A DNA stretch of 64,000 bases from Acidimicrobiaceae bacterium (GTDB taxonomy: Bacteria; Actinomycetota; Acidimicrobiia; Acidimicrobiales; Aldehydirespiratoraceae). The stretch is taken from contig VYCW01000051.1 of the NCBI GenBank assembly GCA_009843735.1, forward strand, positions 7,964-71,963. Reading direction: 5' to 3'. Each line of letters starts with the position of its first letter. Position 1 is the stretch's first letter. Made by a program: the position numbers and the translations under genes. Below are positions 1 through 9,428 of the stretch, piece after piece. Below the pieces are notes generated by a model. The model had not been told where the DNA came from, did not search any database, and saw only the letters and a list, made by a program, of their open reading frames with translations.

Positions 1-1480
1 CGTAGGTCGTGTGGTCGCGCACGTACTCGGTGTTGGCGTCGCGCTCGGGCCGGTAGTCCCAGCCGGGCCCGTTGGCGCCGATCGCAGCTTGGATGGCGCG
101 CCGGGACCGCTGGGAGGCGAGCACCCGCTCGCGGATGGCCGCGCTGTCCCAACGCTGCACGGTCTCGGCTGCGAATGCTGCGGCCAGCTCGGCGCAGCCG
201 GGTTCGTCAGCCAGGTTGGTGCGCTCAAGCGGGTCGGCCTCGACGTCGTAGAGCAGCGGGGGATCGGAGTCGCAGTGGATGTACTTGTGGCGGCCCCGGC
301 GGATCATGAAGAGCGGATGCGACGTCAACACGGCCATGTACTCGCCGACCGTCTCGTCGAGGTCGTCGGTGCCGCCGCAGGCCAGTTCCCAGAGGCTGCG
401 CCCCGAGATCGGCGTGTCGAACTCGGGCCACGAGCCGCCGTCGGAGGCGATGTCGAGCAGGGTGGGCAGAAGGTCGAGCAGCGAGCATGCGTTGGGGACG
501 GTCGTGCCCTCGGGAATGCCGGGCCCGGCCATGATCAGCGGCACCCGGGCCGAGCGCTCGAAGAACGACATCTTGAAGAACACCCCCCGGTCGCCCAGCA
601 TGTCGCCGTGGTCGCTGGTGACGATGACCACCGTGTCGTCCAGGCGGCCGGTCTCCGCCAGCGCATCGACCAGGCGGCCCAGCCAGGAGTCGAAATAGCT
701 GGTGGCGGCGTAGTACCCGTGGCGGGCGGTGCGGTAATGGGCCGCCGTATAGCCGGCGGTGTCGCCCTGGGTGCCCTGGCGGATGCGCAGGGTGTGGGGG
801 TCGACCTCCTCGTCGCGGATGGGATCGGGCAGGTCGATGTCGTCGTGGTCGTAGAGGTTCCACCACTCGGGACGGGCCTCGTAGGGGTCGTGGGGATGGA
901 TGAACGACGCCACCAGGAAGAACGGCCGCTCATCGGTGTGGGGCCGTGCCAAGTCGTAGAGGCGGCGCACCGCGGTGAACCCGACCTCGTCGTCGTAGTC
1001 GATCTGGAAGTTCGCCAGCACCGGTCCGGCCCCGGTCACCGACTCGAAGTCGTAGTACCACTTGCCGGGATGCTGGGCGGCCGCGTCCCAGTTGGCGGCC
1101 CAGGCGAAGCCGGACGGGTAGACGTCGGTGGTGAGGCGCTCCTCGAAGCCGTGGAGCTGGTCCGGCCCGACGAAGTGCATCTTGCCCGACAGGGTCGTGC
1201 GGTAGCCGGCCAGGCGCAGGTAGTGGGCCAGCGTGGGGATGGACGCCACGAACTCCGCGCCGTTGTCGAAGGCCCCGATCTCGGACGCGAGGCGCCCCGA
1301 CATCATCGAGAACCGCGACGGCGCGCACAGCGGCGAACTGCAGTAGGCCGCGTCGAAGCGGACCCCCCGTTCGGCCAGCGCGTCCATTGCCGGCGTGCGC
1401 ACCAGCGGATGCCCGTAGGCGCCGGTGAAGTGCGGGGCCAGCTGGTCGGCCATTACCACCAGGATGTTGGGCTTGCTCAT
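1..1480 (-). CDS. betC: Choline-sulfatase-like type I sulfatase; the 3' end runs off the window start
   Basis: Absent from the ORF track because there is no stop in the window. Hand reverse-translation from ATG (1480-1478) gives MSKPNILVVMADQLAPHFTGAYGHPLVRTPAMDALAERGVRFDAAYCSSPLCAPSRFSMMSGR, which carries the C-x-P-x-R formylglycine motif. Further in I verified RTTLSGKMHFVGPDQLHGFEE, a block I recall from BetC choline sulfatases. Confidence 0.85.
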   Translation of the reverse strand, partial: MSKPNILVVMADQLAPHFTGAYGHPLVRTPAMDALAERGVRFDAAYCSSPLCAPSRFSMMSGRLASEIGAFDNGAEFVASIPTLAHYLRLAGYRTTLSGKMHFVGPDQLHGFEERLTTDVYPSGFAWAANWDAAAQHPGKWYYDFESVTGAGPVLANFQIDYDDEVGFTAVRRLYDLARPHTDERPFFLVASFIHPHDPYEARPEWWNLYDHDDIDLPDPIRDEEVDPHTLRIRQGTQGDTAGYTAAHYRTARHGYYAATSYFDSWLGRLVDALAETGRLDDTVVIVTSDHGDMLGDRGVFFKMSFFERSARVPLIMAGPGIPEGTTVPNACSLLDLLPTLLDIASDGGSWPEFDTPISGRSLWELACGGTDDLDETVGEYMAVLTSHPLFMIRRGRHKYIHCDSDPPLLYDVEADPLERTNLADEPGCAELAAAFAAETVQRWDSAAIRERVLASQRSRRAIQAAIGANGPGWDYRPERDANTEYVRDHTTY

Positions 1481-1539
1481 GGCCGGACGCTAGTGGTGCG
1501 GTAACGAGCCGTCCGGCAATCACACGTATTGTTCGCGGC

Positions 1540-2127
1540 GTGCAGATTGACCGCGACACGTTGCCCGACCCGGTGGCGGGGCTGCTGCTGACCCACGGTG
1601 CGGGTGGCGGCGCCGGCCAGCACACGCTGGTCGCCCTGGAGGAAGGGCTCGACGTGCCGGTGCGCCGTATCGAGTTCACGTATCGCCGCGAGGGGCGCCG
1701 CTTCCCCGACCGGGCCCCGAAGCTGATCGCCGAGGTTCGGTCCGCAGCCGAGACGTTCGCGGCCGAGCTGGGCACAACCACGGCCCGGCTCGTGCTGGGC
1801 GGGCGCTCGATGGGGGGTCGGATGTGCTCGATGGCGGTGGCCGAGGGGCTGCCCGCGGCCGGGCTGGTGCTGCTCAGCTACCCGCTGCATCCGCCGGGCA
1901 AGCCCGACAAGCTGAGGGTTGACCACTTCGGCGCCATCGACGTGCCCACGCTGTTCGTCAACGGCGACCGCGACCCCTTCGGCACGCCCGAGGAGTTCGC
2001 GGCCCACCTCGGCGCCATCGCAGGCAGCGTGACCGCCCACTGGCTCGAGGGTCAGGGCCATGACCCCAAACCCAGGTCCGACGCAGAGATCGTGGTGGCG
2101 GTGGGCGCCTTCCTCGCTGCCCTCTGA
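1540..2127 (+). CDS. Alpha/beta-hydrolase fold protein (COG3571-like predicted hydrolase)
   Basis: 195-aa ORF with LLLTHGAGGG near the N-terminus and a nucleophile elbow GGRSMGG (G-x-S-x-G). Confidence 0.6.
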   Translation: MQIDRDTLPDPVAGLLLTHGAGGGAGQHTLVALEEGLDVPVRRIEFTYRREGRRFPDRAPKLIAEVRSAAETFAAELGTTTARLVLGGRSMGGRMCSMAVAEGLPAAGLVLLSYPLHPPGKPDKLRVDHFGAIDVPTLFVNGDRDPFGTPEEFAAHLGAIAGSVTAHWLEGQGHDPKPRSDAEIVVAVGAFLAAL

Positions 2128-2178
2128 AGCGTCCCGGGCCGCTCAGAGCCCATCGGCGGGGCCGGTAGCCTCGGAGAC

Positions 2179-3246
2179 ATGCTGGAGCGGATAGCCGGGC
2201 TCGAAGACGAGCTCAGAGACGTGGAGATCCGCCTCGGCGACCCCGCGGTGCAGTCCGACCAGCGCCAACTGGCCGAGCTGGGTCGCCGTCACAAGCAGCT
2301 GAGCGAGATCGTGGCGGTGGGGGAGCGTCTGCGGGCCGCGATCGAGGACCTCGACGAGGCCCGCCGGATGCACTCCGCGGCCGACGCCTCAGAGCGGGCC
2401 GAGCTGCGGGAGATGATCGACGAGCTCGAGGCCGCCGTGGACACGGCCACCGACGAGCTGCGGGTGCTGCTGTTGCCGCCCGACCCCAACGAGGGCCGCA
2501 ACGTGATCGTCGAGATAAGGGGCGCGGCCGGCGGCGAGGAGGCCAACCTCTTCGCCCGCGACCTGTTCGACATGTACCAGGCCTTCGCCCGCAGGCAGCG
2601 CTGGAAGCTGGAGCCGCTGGCCGCCTCGCCGTCGGACCTCGGCGGCTATACCGAGGTCAGCGGCCTGATCTCCGGCGACCAGGTGTGGACCCGCATGAAG
2701 CACGAGGCCGGCACCCACCGGGTGCAGCGGGTACCGGTGACCGAATCGCAGGGCCGGGTCCACACGTCGTCGGCCACCGTGTCGGTGCTGCCCGAGGCCA
2801 AGGAGGTGGACGTGCAGATCGACGAGGCCGACCTGCAGATCGACGTCTACCGCTCGTCGGGTCCCGGCGGCCAGTCGGTCAACACCACCGACTCGGCGGT
2901 GCGGGTCACCCATGTGCCGAGCGGCATGGTGGTGTCGATGCAGGACGAGAAGAGCCAGCTCCAGAACAAGCAGAAGGCACTGCGGGTGCTGCGTTCGAGG
3001 CTGCTGCAGGCCGAGCAGGAGCGGGCCTCGGCCGAGCAGTCGGCGATGCGACGGGGCCAGGTGGGCGGTGGCGACCGGTCCGAAAAGATCCGCACCTACA
3101 ACATGCGGGAGAACCGGGTCACCGACCACCGAATCGGGCTCACCCTCTACAAGCTCGAGCGGGTGCTGGCCGGCGAACTCGACGAGCTGAGCGACGCGCT
3201 CGTGCAGGACGAGCAGCGCACGCTGCTGGCCGGCGACGACGCCTGA
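2179..3246 (+). CDS. prfA: Peptide chain release factor 1
   Basis: 355 aa. It has the GGQ motif (SSGPGGQSVNTTDSAVRVTHVPSG) and an RF1-type P-x-T tripeptide region (RVPVTESQGRVHTSSATV). Confidence 0.95.
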   Translation: MLERIAGLEDELRDVEIRLGDPAVQSDQRQLAELGRRHKQLSEIVAVGERLRAAIEDLDEARRMHSAADASERAELREMIDELEAAVDTATDELRVLLLPPDPNEGRNVIVEIRGAAGGEEANLFARDLFDMYQAFARRQRWKLEPLAASPSDLGGYTEVSGLISGDQVWTRMKHEAGTHRVQRVPVTESQGRVHTSSATVSVLPEAKEVDVQIDEADLQIDVYRSSGPGGQSVNTTDSAVRVTHVPSGMVVSMQDEKSQLQNKQKALRVLRSRLLQAEQERASAEQSAMRRGQVGGGDRSEKIRTYNMRENRVTDHRIGLTLYKLERVLAGELDELSDALVQDEQRTLLAGDDA

Positions 3247-3255
3247 GGACCCCGA

Positions 3256-4179
3256 GTGCCCCAGGTGAGCCGCCCGCACGACGCGGACAGCAAGGTCGGG
3301 ATGCAGTCGTGGGGCGATCTGCTGGCTGAGGCACGGCGCCTACTTTCTGGCAGCGGTGCGTCGGATACGCCGGAAGTGGACGCCCGCCGCATCGTGGAGG
3401 CGGCCTCAGGGTCGTCACCCGCCGAGTTCGAGAGGGTGCTGGGAGCGCGGGCCACCACGCTGACTGCGGCCCGGTTCTTCTCGATGCTGGAGCGTCGCTG
3501 CGCGGGCGAGCCGCTCCAGTACGTGGTCGGCGCGTGGGGTTTCCGGTCTCTCGACTTGATGGTCGACCACCGGGTGCTCATACCGAGGCCCGAGACCGAG
3601 GTGGTGGCCGGCTGGGCGGTGGATGAGGTCCAGAGGCTCTGGCACGGCGCAGGCCGTGATCACCAGGTGACCGTCGTCGACCTCGGCACCGGGTCGGGCG
3701 CCATCGGGTTGTCGGTGGCGGTCGAGTGCCCGCAGGCCAGGGTGTTCGCCACCGACGTGTCGGCCGACGCGCTGGCAGTGGCCCGGGCCAACCTCGCCGG
3801 CCTGGGCCGGGCCGCCGCCCGGGTGAGCCTGCACGAGGGCGACTGGTTCGACGCACTGCCCGCCGCGCTGCGGGGAGCAGTGGACGTGGTGGTGTCGAAC
3901 CCGCCCTACATCGGCACCGGCGAGGAGTTGCCTCCCGTGGTGGCCGACTGGGAGCCGTCCGTGGCGCTGTGGTCCGGACCGGCGGGCCACGAAGCGGTCG
4001 AGCAGGTGATCGGCGGCGCCTCGCAGTGGCTCAGGCCGGGCGGGTCGCTGGTCATGGAGGTGGCTTCCCACCGGGCCCGGGAGACGGCCCACATGGTCGC
4101 GGAGACCGGCTTCGCCGAGGTGCGGGTGGAGCATGACCTATCCGGCCTGGAGCGGGTCGTGATCGGACGCTTGCCATGA
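3256..4179 (+). CDS. prmC: Release-factor glutamine N5-methyltransferase (HemK/PrmC)
   Basis: It has the NPPY motif (VVSNPPYIG) and a SAM-binding [12 protein letters not shown], and sits immediately downstream of prfA. The exact start is uncertain. Confidence 0.85.
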   Translation: MPQVSRPHDADSKVGMQSWGDLLAEARRLLSGSGASDTPEVDARRIVEAASGSSPAEFERVLGARATTLTAARFFSMLERRCAGEPLQYVVGAWGFRSLDLMVDHRVLIPRPETEVVAGWAVDEVQRLWHGAGRDHQVTVVDLGTGSGAIGLSVAVECPQARVFATDVSADALAVARANLAGLGRAAARVSLHEGDWFDALPAALRGAVDVVVSNPPYIGTGEELPPVVADWEPSVALWSGPAGHEAVEQVIGGASQWLRPGGSLVMEVASHRARETAHMVAETGFAEVRVEHDLSGLERVVIGRLP

Positions 4180-4808
4180 TCGGCAGTCGCGTCCTTAGCA
4201 CCCGGACGCTTGAGCAGCGCGAGAACGCCGTGGATGCAGCACTGTCCGCACTGCGGCGGGGCGAGGCGGTGGGCGTGCCCACCGACACCGTCTACGGGCT
4301 GGCCGCCGGCGCCGCCGACGCCGACGCGATCCAGCAGCTCTTCGAGCTCAAGGATCGCCCCGCCGAGCGCAGCATCGCGGTTCTGGTCGCCGACCTGGCT
4401 GCAGCCGAGACTCTGGTGGAGCTCACGCCGAGCGCACGACGGCTGGCCGAGCGCTTCTGGCCGGGCCCGCTCACCATCGTCGCGTCGCGCCGGCCCGCAG
4501 CTCCCGCCCATCTCGGCACCGGCACCACCATCGGCGTGCGCCTGCCCGGCGACGACATGATGCAGGCCATCGCCGGTCCAGGACCCCTGGCCGTGACCAG
4601 CGCCAACCTCCACGGCGGCCCCACTCCCTCCACCGCTCAAGGTGTGGCCGACCTGTTCCCCGCGCTGGGCCTCGTCGTCGACGGCGGCCCGCGCCCGGGA
4701 GCCTCGTCCACCGTGGTGGACATGACCGGCGATGTCCCGATCGTGCTGCGAGAGGGCCCGATAAGCCTCGACGAGATCCTGGCCGCAGCCCAGGAGCAGG
4801 AGTCCTAG
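4176..4808 (+). CDS. tsaC: L-threonylcarbamoyladenylate synthase, YrdC/YwlC/TsaC type
   Basis: 210 aa with VGVPTDTVYGLAA and SANLHGGP blocks. It overlaps the prmC stop by 4 nt. Confidence 0.8.
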   Translation: MIGSRVLSTRTLEQRENAVDAALSALRRGEAVGVPTDTVYGLAAGAADADAIQQLFELKDRPAERSIAVLVADLAAAETLVELTPSARRLAERFWPGPLTIVASRRPAAPAHLGTGTTIGVRLPGDDMMQAIAGPGPLAVTSANLHGGPTPSTAQGVADLFPALGLVVDGGPRPGASSTVVDMTGDVPIVLREGPISLDEILAAAQEQES

Positions 4809-4809
4809 G

Positions 4810-5262
4810 ATGGCGGCCGTGCGGATCGCGGTCGGGGCCGACCATGCCGGGTACGGGCTCAAGCAGGACCTGGCCGACCACCTTCGGGCGGCCGGCCACG
4901 AGGTGACCGACTGCGGCACCCACTCCACCGACCGGGTCGATTACCCCGACTTCGGGGCGGCGGTGGGACGGGCCGTGGCCGGCGGCGACGCTGACCTGGG
5001 CGTGTGCGTGTGCGGCAGCGGCAACGGGATCGCCATGGCTGCCAACAAGGTCGCCGGCGTCCGGGCCGCGGTGGCCTACGACGTGACCTCGGCCCGCCTG
5101 GCCCGGGCCCACAACGACGCCAACGTGCTGTGCATCGGCGAGCGGCTCACCGGTGCCGAGGTTGCCCGCGAGGCCCTCGACGCCTGGCTGGAAGCATCCT
5201 TCGACGGCGGTCGCCACGAAGGGCGGGTCGCCAAGCTCGACACCCTCGGCGCAACAGACTGA
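4810..5262 (+). CDS. rpiB: Ribose-5-phosphate isomerase B
   Basis: 150 aa with VRIAVGADHAGYGLK and VCGSGNGIAMAANK, the typical RpiB/LacAB signature. Confidence 0.85.
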   Translation: MAAVRIAVGADHAGYGLKQDLADHLRAAGHEVTDCGTHSTDRVDYPDFGAAVGRAVAGGDADLGVCVCGSGNGIAMAANKVAGVRAAVAYDVTSARLARAHNDANVLCIGERLTGAEVAREALDAWLEASFDGGRHEGRVAKLDTLGATD

Positions 5263-5353
5263 ACACCAGCGGCACCGAAATTGACCCGTCCGTAGCTACC
5301 GTTCGACAGAGCATCCGCGCCGCGGCGCACGGCGAAGGAGAATCGAGGAACCC

Positions 5354-6610
5354 ATGCCCTGGCCCACCGCCGACGAGGCCGTGTTCGACCTGATCCGTCA
5401 GGAGATCCGCCGCCAGAACACGACCATCCAACTCATCGCGTCGGAGAACTTCGCCAGTCCGGCGGTGATGGCCGCCACCGGCTCGGTGTTCACCAACAAG
5501 TACAGCGAGGGCTACCCGGGCCGGCGCTACTACGGCGGCAACATGGTCGCAGACGAGGCTGAGGACCTCGCCCGCCGCAGGGCCTGCGAGCTGTTCGGGG
5601 CCGATCACGCCAACGTGCAGCCCCATGCCGGCGCCATCGCCAACATGGGCGCTTACCAGGCCGTGATCGAGCCGGGCGACACCGTGCTGGGCATGAGCCT
5701 CGACCACGGCGGCCACCTCACCCACGGGTCGCCGGTGAACTTCTCTGGCCTGCAGTACCGGTTCGTGTCCTACGGGGTGACTGCCAGCGACGAGCGCATC
5801 GACATGGACCAGCTGCGTGACCTCGCCCTCGCCGAGCGGCCCAAGCTGATCGTGGCCGGCGCCACGGCCTACCCCCGCCTCATCCACCCCGAGCCCCTTC
5901 GGGAGATAGCCGACGAGTCGGGGGCGCTGCTGATGTTCGACGCGGCCCACATCGCCGGGCTGATCGCGGGCGGCGTCCACCCCAACCCGACCCAGTTCGC
6001 CGACATCGTGACGTTCACCACCCACAAGACCCTGCGCGGCCCCCGGGGCGGAGCCATCACTTGCCGCTCCGACTACGCCAAGGCGGTCGACAAGGCCATG
6101 TTCCCCGGCATCCAGGGCGGTCCGCTCGACCACGCGGTGGCGGCCAAGGCGGCGGCCTTCGCGGAGGCGGCCACCGCGGAGTTCGCCGACTACGCGGCCC
6201 GCATCGTGGAGAACTCCCAGGCCCTGGCCGCCGCGCTGGCCGGGCACGGCTTCCGGCTCGTCTCCGGTGGCACCGACAACCATCTGATGCTGGTGGACCT
6301 GCGGACCTTCGATCCGGACCTCACCGGCAAGGAGGCCCAGGCCACCCTGGACGCGGCCGGGATCAGCCTCAACAAGAACACCGTGCCCGACGACCCCCGG
6401 TCACCCTTCGTCACATCAGGGGTGCGCATCGGCACCCCCGCGGTGACCACCCAGGGCATGGACACCGACGACATGGTCACCATCGCCGATCTCATCTCCA
6501 GGGCGTTGCGCAACCGCTCCGACGCGGCCGCAGTGGCCGCGGTGCGAGCCGACGCGGAGGAGCTGTGCGCGGCCAAGCCGCCCTACCCGGGGTTGGACAC
6601 CGAAGACTAG
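5354..6610 (+). CDS. glyA: Serine hydroxymethyltransferase
   Basis: 418 aa with [15 protein letters not shown] and the PLP-lysine context [14 protein letters not shown]. Confidence 0.95.
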   Translation: MPWPTADEAVFDLIRQEIRRQNTTIQLIASENFASPAVMAATGSVFTNKYSEGYPGRRYYGGNMVADEAEDLARRRACELFGADHANVQPHAGAIANMGAYQAVIEPGDTVLGMSLDHGGHLTHGSPVNFSGLQYRFVSYGVTASDERIDMDQLRDLALAERPKLIVAGATAYPRLIHPEPLREIADESGALLMFDAAHIAGLIAGGVHPNPTQFADIVTFTTHKTLRGPRGGAITCRSDYAKAVDKAMFPGIQGGPLDHAVAAKAAAFAEAATAEFADYAARIVENSQALAAALAGHGFRLVSGGTDNHLMLVDLRTFDPDLTGKEAQATLDAAGISLNKNTVPDDPRSPFVTSGVRIGTPAVTTQGMDTDDMVTIADLISRALRNRSDAAAVAAVRADAEELCAAKPPYPGLDTED

Positions 6611-6651
6611 TGGCAGCGCCGGTCGGGCCGGTCGCCGGATAGGGCGCCTGG

Positions 6652-7794
6652 GTGCCGCCGCTACTGTCCTTCGCAATCGTCGGGGCGGTGGCCGCCGTCA
6701 CCACCTTCCTGCTGGTTCCGCTCACCGCCAGGGTCGCGGTGCGCGCCGGCGCCAGCCGGGAACCCGACGTCCACCACATCCACGAGACTCCCACCCCGGC
6801 AGCGGGTGGCCTAGCCATGCTCGTGGGAGTCGTCGTCGCGGTCGCGGTCGCACCGGCAGTGGGGAACATCTCCGCGACGTTTGACACGCCCGGGGAGATC
6901 GTGGGCGGCGTGGCCGCAGCCGTGATCGTTCTCGCGGTCGGCTTCTACGACGACATCAGAGACCTGTCGCCGCCCGCCAAGGCTGCGGGTGTGGTCGCGG
7001 CTGCGGTGGTGCTGCACCTATCGGGAGTATCGATCGCCGTCTTCCGGGTGCCGTTCTGGGACCTGGTGCTCCTCTCGGACGAGTGGTCGGCGGTCATGAC
7101 TGTGCTGTGGGTGCTGGGAATGGCCAACGCGGTGAACCTCATCGACGGCCTCGACGGCCTGGCCGCGGGCATCGTGGCCATCGCCTCGGGGGCGTTCCTC
7201 CTCTACGCCCTGCGGCTCGCCGACCAGGGCGTGATCGACGAGGCCAATCCCGGTGCGCTGTGGGCGGCGGTCGCGCTGGGAGTGTGCGTCGGGTTCCTGC
7301 CCCACAACCTGTACCCGGCCCGGGTCTTCATGGGCGACGGCGGGGCGCTGCTGCTGGGCGCGCTAATGGCGGCCGCCACCATCAGCGTGGGGGGCCGTTC
7401 GACGGTGGAGTTCAGCGGTCAGGCGTTCTTCTTCTACGCACCGCTGGTCATTCCCCTGGTGATCCTGGGGGTGCCGGTGGTCGACACCCTCTTCGCGATC
7501 GTGCGCCGCGCCGTGGGACGCCGAGGCTTCTCGGTGGCCGACCGCGAGCACCTGCACCACCGTCTCATGCGTCTTGGCCACGGGCACCGCCGCGCGGTGA
7601 TCGTCCTGTGGCTGTGGACTGCGCTGCTCTCGGCCTTCGTGCTGTTCCCCACCTACACCGGCCGCGGCGACGCCATCGTGCCGGTCGGCATCGCCGCGCT
7701 GGCGCTGGTGCTGTTCACGATCTTCCACCCCCGGTTCGGCTACGACACCGTGGAGGTGGATGCCGAGGAACTGGACCGCCTCAAGAAGCTCTGA
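6652..7794 (+). CDS. wecA: Polyprenyl-phosphate GlcNAc-1-phosphate transferase (MraY/WecA/Rfe family, GT4)
   Basis: 380-aa polytopic membrane protein with NAVNLIDGLDGLA and FMGDGGALLLG motifs. It occupies the rfe position of the conserved prfA block. Confidence 0.8.
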   Translation: MPPLLSFAIVGAVAAVTTFLLVPLTARVAVRAGASREPDVHHIHETPTPAAGGLAMLVGVVVAVAVAPAVGNISATFDTPGEIVGGVAAAVIVLAVGFYDDIRDLSPPAKAAGVVAAAVVLHLSGVSIAVFRVPFWDLVLLSDEWSAVMTVLWVLGMANAVNLIDGLDGLAAGIVAIASGAFLLYALRLADQGVIDEANPGALWAAVALGVCVGFLPHNLYPARVFMGDGGALLLGALMAAATISVGGRSTVEFSGQAFFFYAPLVIPLVILGVPVVDTLFAIVRRAVGRRGFSVADREHLHHRLMRLGHGHRRAVIVLWLWTALLSAFVLFPTYTGRGDAIVPVGIAALALVLFTIFHPRFGYDTVEVDAEELDRLKKL

Positions 7795-7795
7795 G

Positions 7796-9400
7796 CTAGC
7801 CCTCGCCGTCCCCAGGGTGGATGTCTTCGGGGTTGATCTCCTCGAGTTCCTGGCCCACGGTCTCGGGATACTTCAGAAGAACCAGAGCGGCCACAATCAG
7901 GGGGCCGACGGCCAGCAGGGCGAGCGCCGGCCCGAGCCGCCCGTCGAGCGCATCCGACAGCCAGCCGGCCACTATCAGACCCAGGGCGCTCCCGACCACG
8001 CCCACCATCACGATCACGCCGTTGGAGCGTCCGCGCCGGTGGGTGCCGAACAACTCGGGCCCGTAGACGGCCAGCGCGGGCACCGCGATCGCACCGACCA
8101 CGCCGCCGGCCAGGGTCAGCAGCCAGAGGGCGGCGCCGTCGGTGAAGAAGGCCCACGCGATGAGCAACGCACCCAGCGCCAGCCCGGCTGCACCGATGGG
8201 CCGGCGGCCCCGCCGGTCGGCCAGGTACCCGCCCACGAAGACCCCGATGCCGATGGGGGTGTTGGTGAAGTAGGTGAACAGCGTTATGGCCGTAGCCGAG
8301 AACTCGCGCTCGTCCTTGAGGAAGTCGTTGCGCAGCCCGGAGGCCGGCGCCGCGAACATGGCAATCAGGAACGCGGAGGCGGCCAGGAGGATCAGCCTTC
8401 TGCGCCGGCGGGCCGCCACTTCCGGGTCGGCCTGGCGGTCGACCACACCGTCGTGGGAGACCCGTCCGGTTGCGGCCGTCTCGAAGCGCCGGCTCTCCGG
8501 CAGCCGGCGTCCCACCCAGACGACGACGGCCACCCCGGCCAGCGGCACCACGTACACCAGGCGCCAGCCCGAGATGTGCAGGTCGGCCATCGGCAGCACC
8601 GCGAAGGCCATGCCCGACCCCAGCGCCGCGCACAGCACCAGCACCGACATGGCCCAGGCCCGGGATCGGGCCGGCATCTCCTCCGCGGCCAGGATCACGA
8701 TCAGGATGCCGAGGGCGGTCGATAGGCCCCGGGCGACGAGCTGGGTGCCGCCCAGGAACCACAGTCCCGGCGCCGCCGCGCCCACCGCGGTGATCAGGCA
8801 GCTTCCCAGGCCGGTCGCCAGCAGGAGGCGCTTCCGCCCGTGCCGGTCGGCGAGGGCGGCGGTAACCAGCGCGATCAGCACCCCGGCCCGGACCACGCCC
8901 ATCAGGACCCCCTGGGCGGTGTTGCCGCGACCGAACTCGTCGGCTGCGAAGGTGAGGGTGGCGGTGAGGACGGTTCCCAGGTAGCCGTCCACGACCTGGA
9001 TCGTGCACAGCAGGCCGAGCACGGTGGCGGCCCGGGCGCTCAGGCGGTCCGGGGGCGCCCACCAGTAGCCGTAGGCGTCCCGGCGCCTCCGCAGCGCGCT
9101 CCGCACCGGGAAGTGGAACAGCCACGCCCATACCGGCACCGCGAGCCGGTAGATGGTGGTCTCGACGAGTTCGTACCGTCCGCCGTCTCGCTCACCGTCA
9201 GCGGTTCCGGGGTGGCCAGAGTCCAGCTCCGTCAGCTGCAAGTGGCGCTCGTAGTGCCGGAAAGGACCGCCTACGGCCTCGTAGCGGTCGTCGCCCGCAG
9301 GCCGCTCGGCCACGATGTCGCCGCGGGGCGCCCGCCGTGCCGCCCGCTCGCGCTCCATCTCAGCCGCGCTGCCGCGCCGCACCACCCGCAATACGGTCAT
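7796..9400 (-). CDS. MFS transporter with a ~130-aa N-terminal non-MFS extension
   Basis: The ORF track gives 7796..9529. I trimmed it to the internal ATG at 9400-9398 (MTVLRVV...) to avoid overlapping murA. About 12 hydrophobic segments are present, with an MFS loop motif LADRHGRKRLL. Confidence 0.7.
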   Translation of the reverse strand: MTVLRVVRRGSAAEMERERAARRAPRGDIVAERPAGDDRYEAVGGPFRHYERHLQLTELDSGHPGTADGERDGGRYELVETTIYRLAVPVWAWLFHFPVRSALRRRRDAYGYWWAPPDRLSARAATVLGLLCTIQVVDGYLGTVLTATLTFAADEFGRGNTAQGVLMGVVRAGVLIALVTAALADRHGRKRLLLATGLGSCLITAVGAAAPGLWFLGGTQLVARGLSTALGILIVILAAEEMPARSRAWAMSVLVLCAALGSGMAFAVLPMADLHISGWRLVYVVPLAGVAVVVWVGRRLPESRRFETAATGRVSHDGVVDRQADPEVAARRRRRLILLAASAFLIAMFAAPASGLRNDFLKDEREFSATAITLFTYFTNTPIGIGVFVGGYLADRRGRRPIGAAGLALGALLIAWAFFTDGAALWLLTLAGGVVGAIAVPALAVYGPELFGTHRRGRSNGVIVMVGVVGSALGLIVAGWLSDALDGRLGPALALLAVGPLIVAALVLLKYPETVGQELEEINPEDIHPGDGEG

Positions 9401-9428
9401 CGAGTCCCCGCGGTCATAGGCTTCGAGG

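Noticed and set aside
11-1504. A 497-aa plus-strand ORF covering the left edge of the window.
   Set aside because: It lies antisense to a clearly recognisable sulfatase whose CxPxR motif I verified by hand translation. Its product is Gly/Arg/Val/Ala-rich with no motif. This is the typical shadow ORF of high-GC DNA.
5263-5353. A possible riboswitch or leader upstream of glyA.
   Set aside because: I could not recognise any conserved riboswitch core (glycine, THF or ZTP) or convincing structure by eye in the 91-nt gap, so there is not enough evidence to report one.
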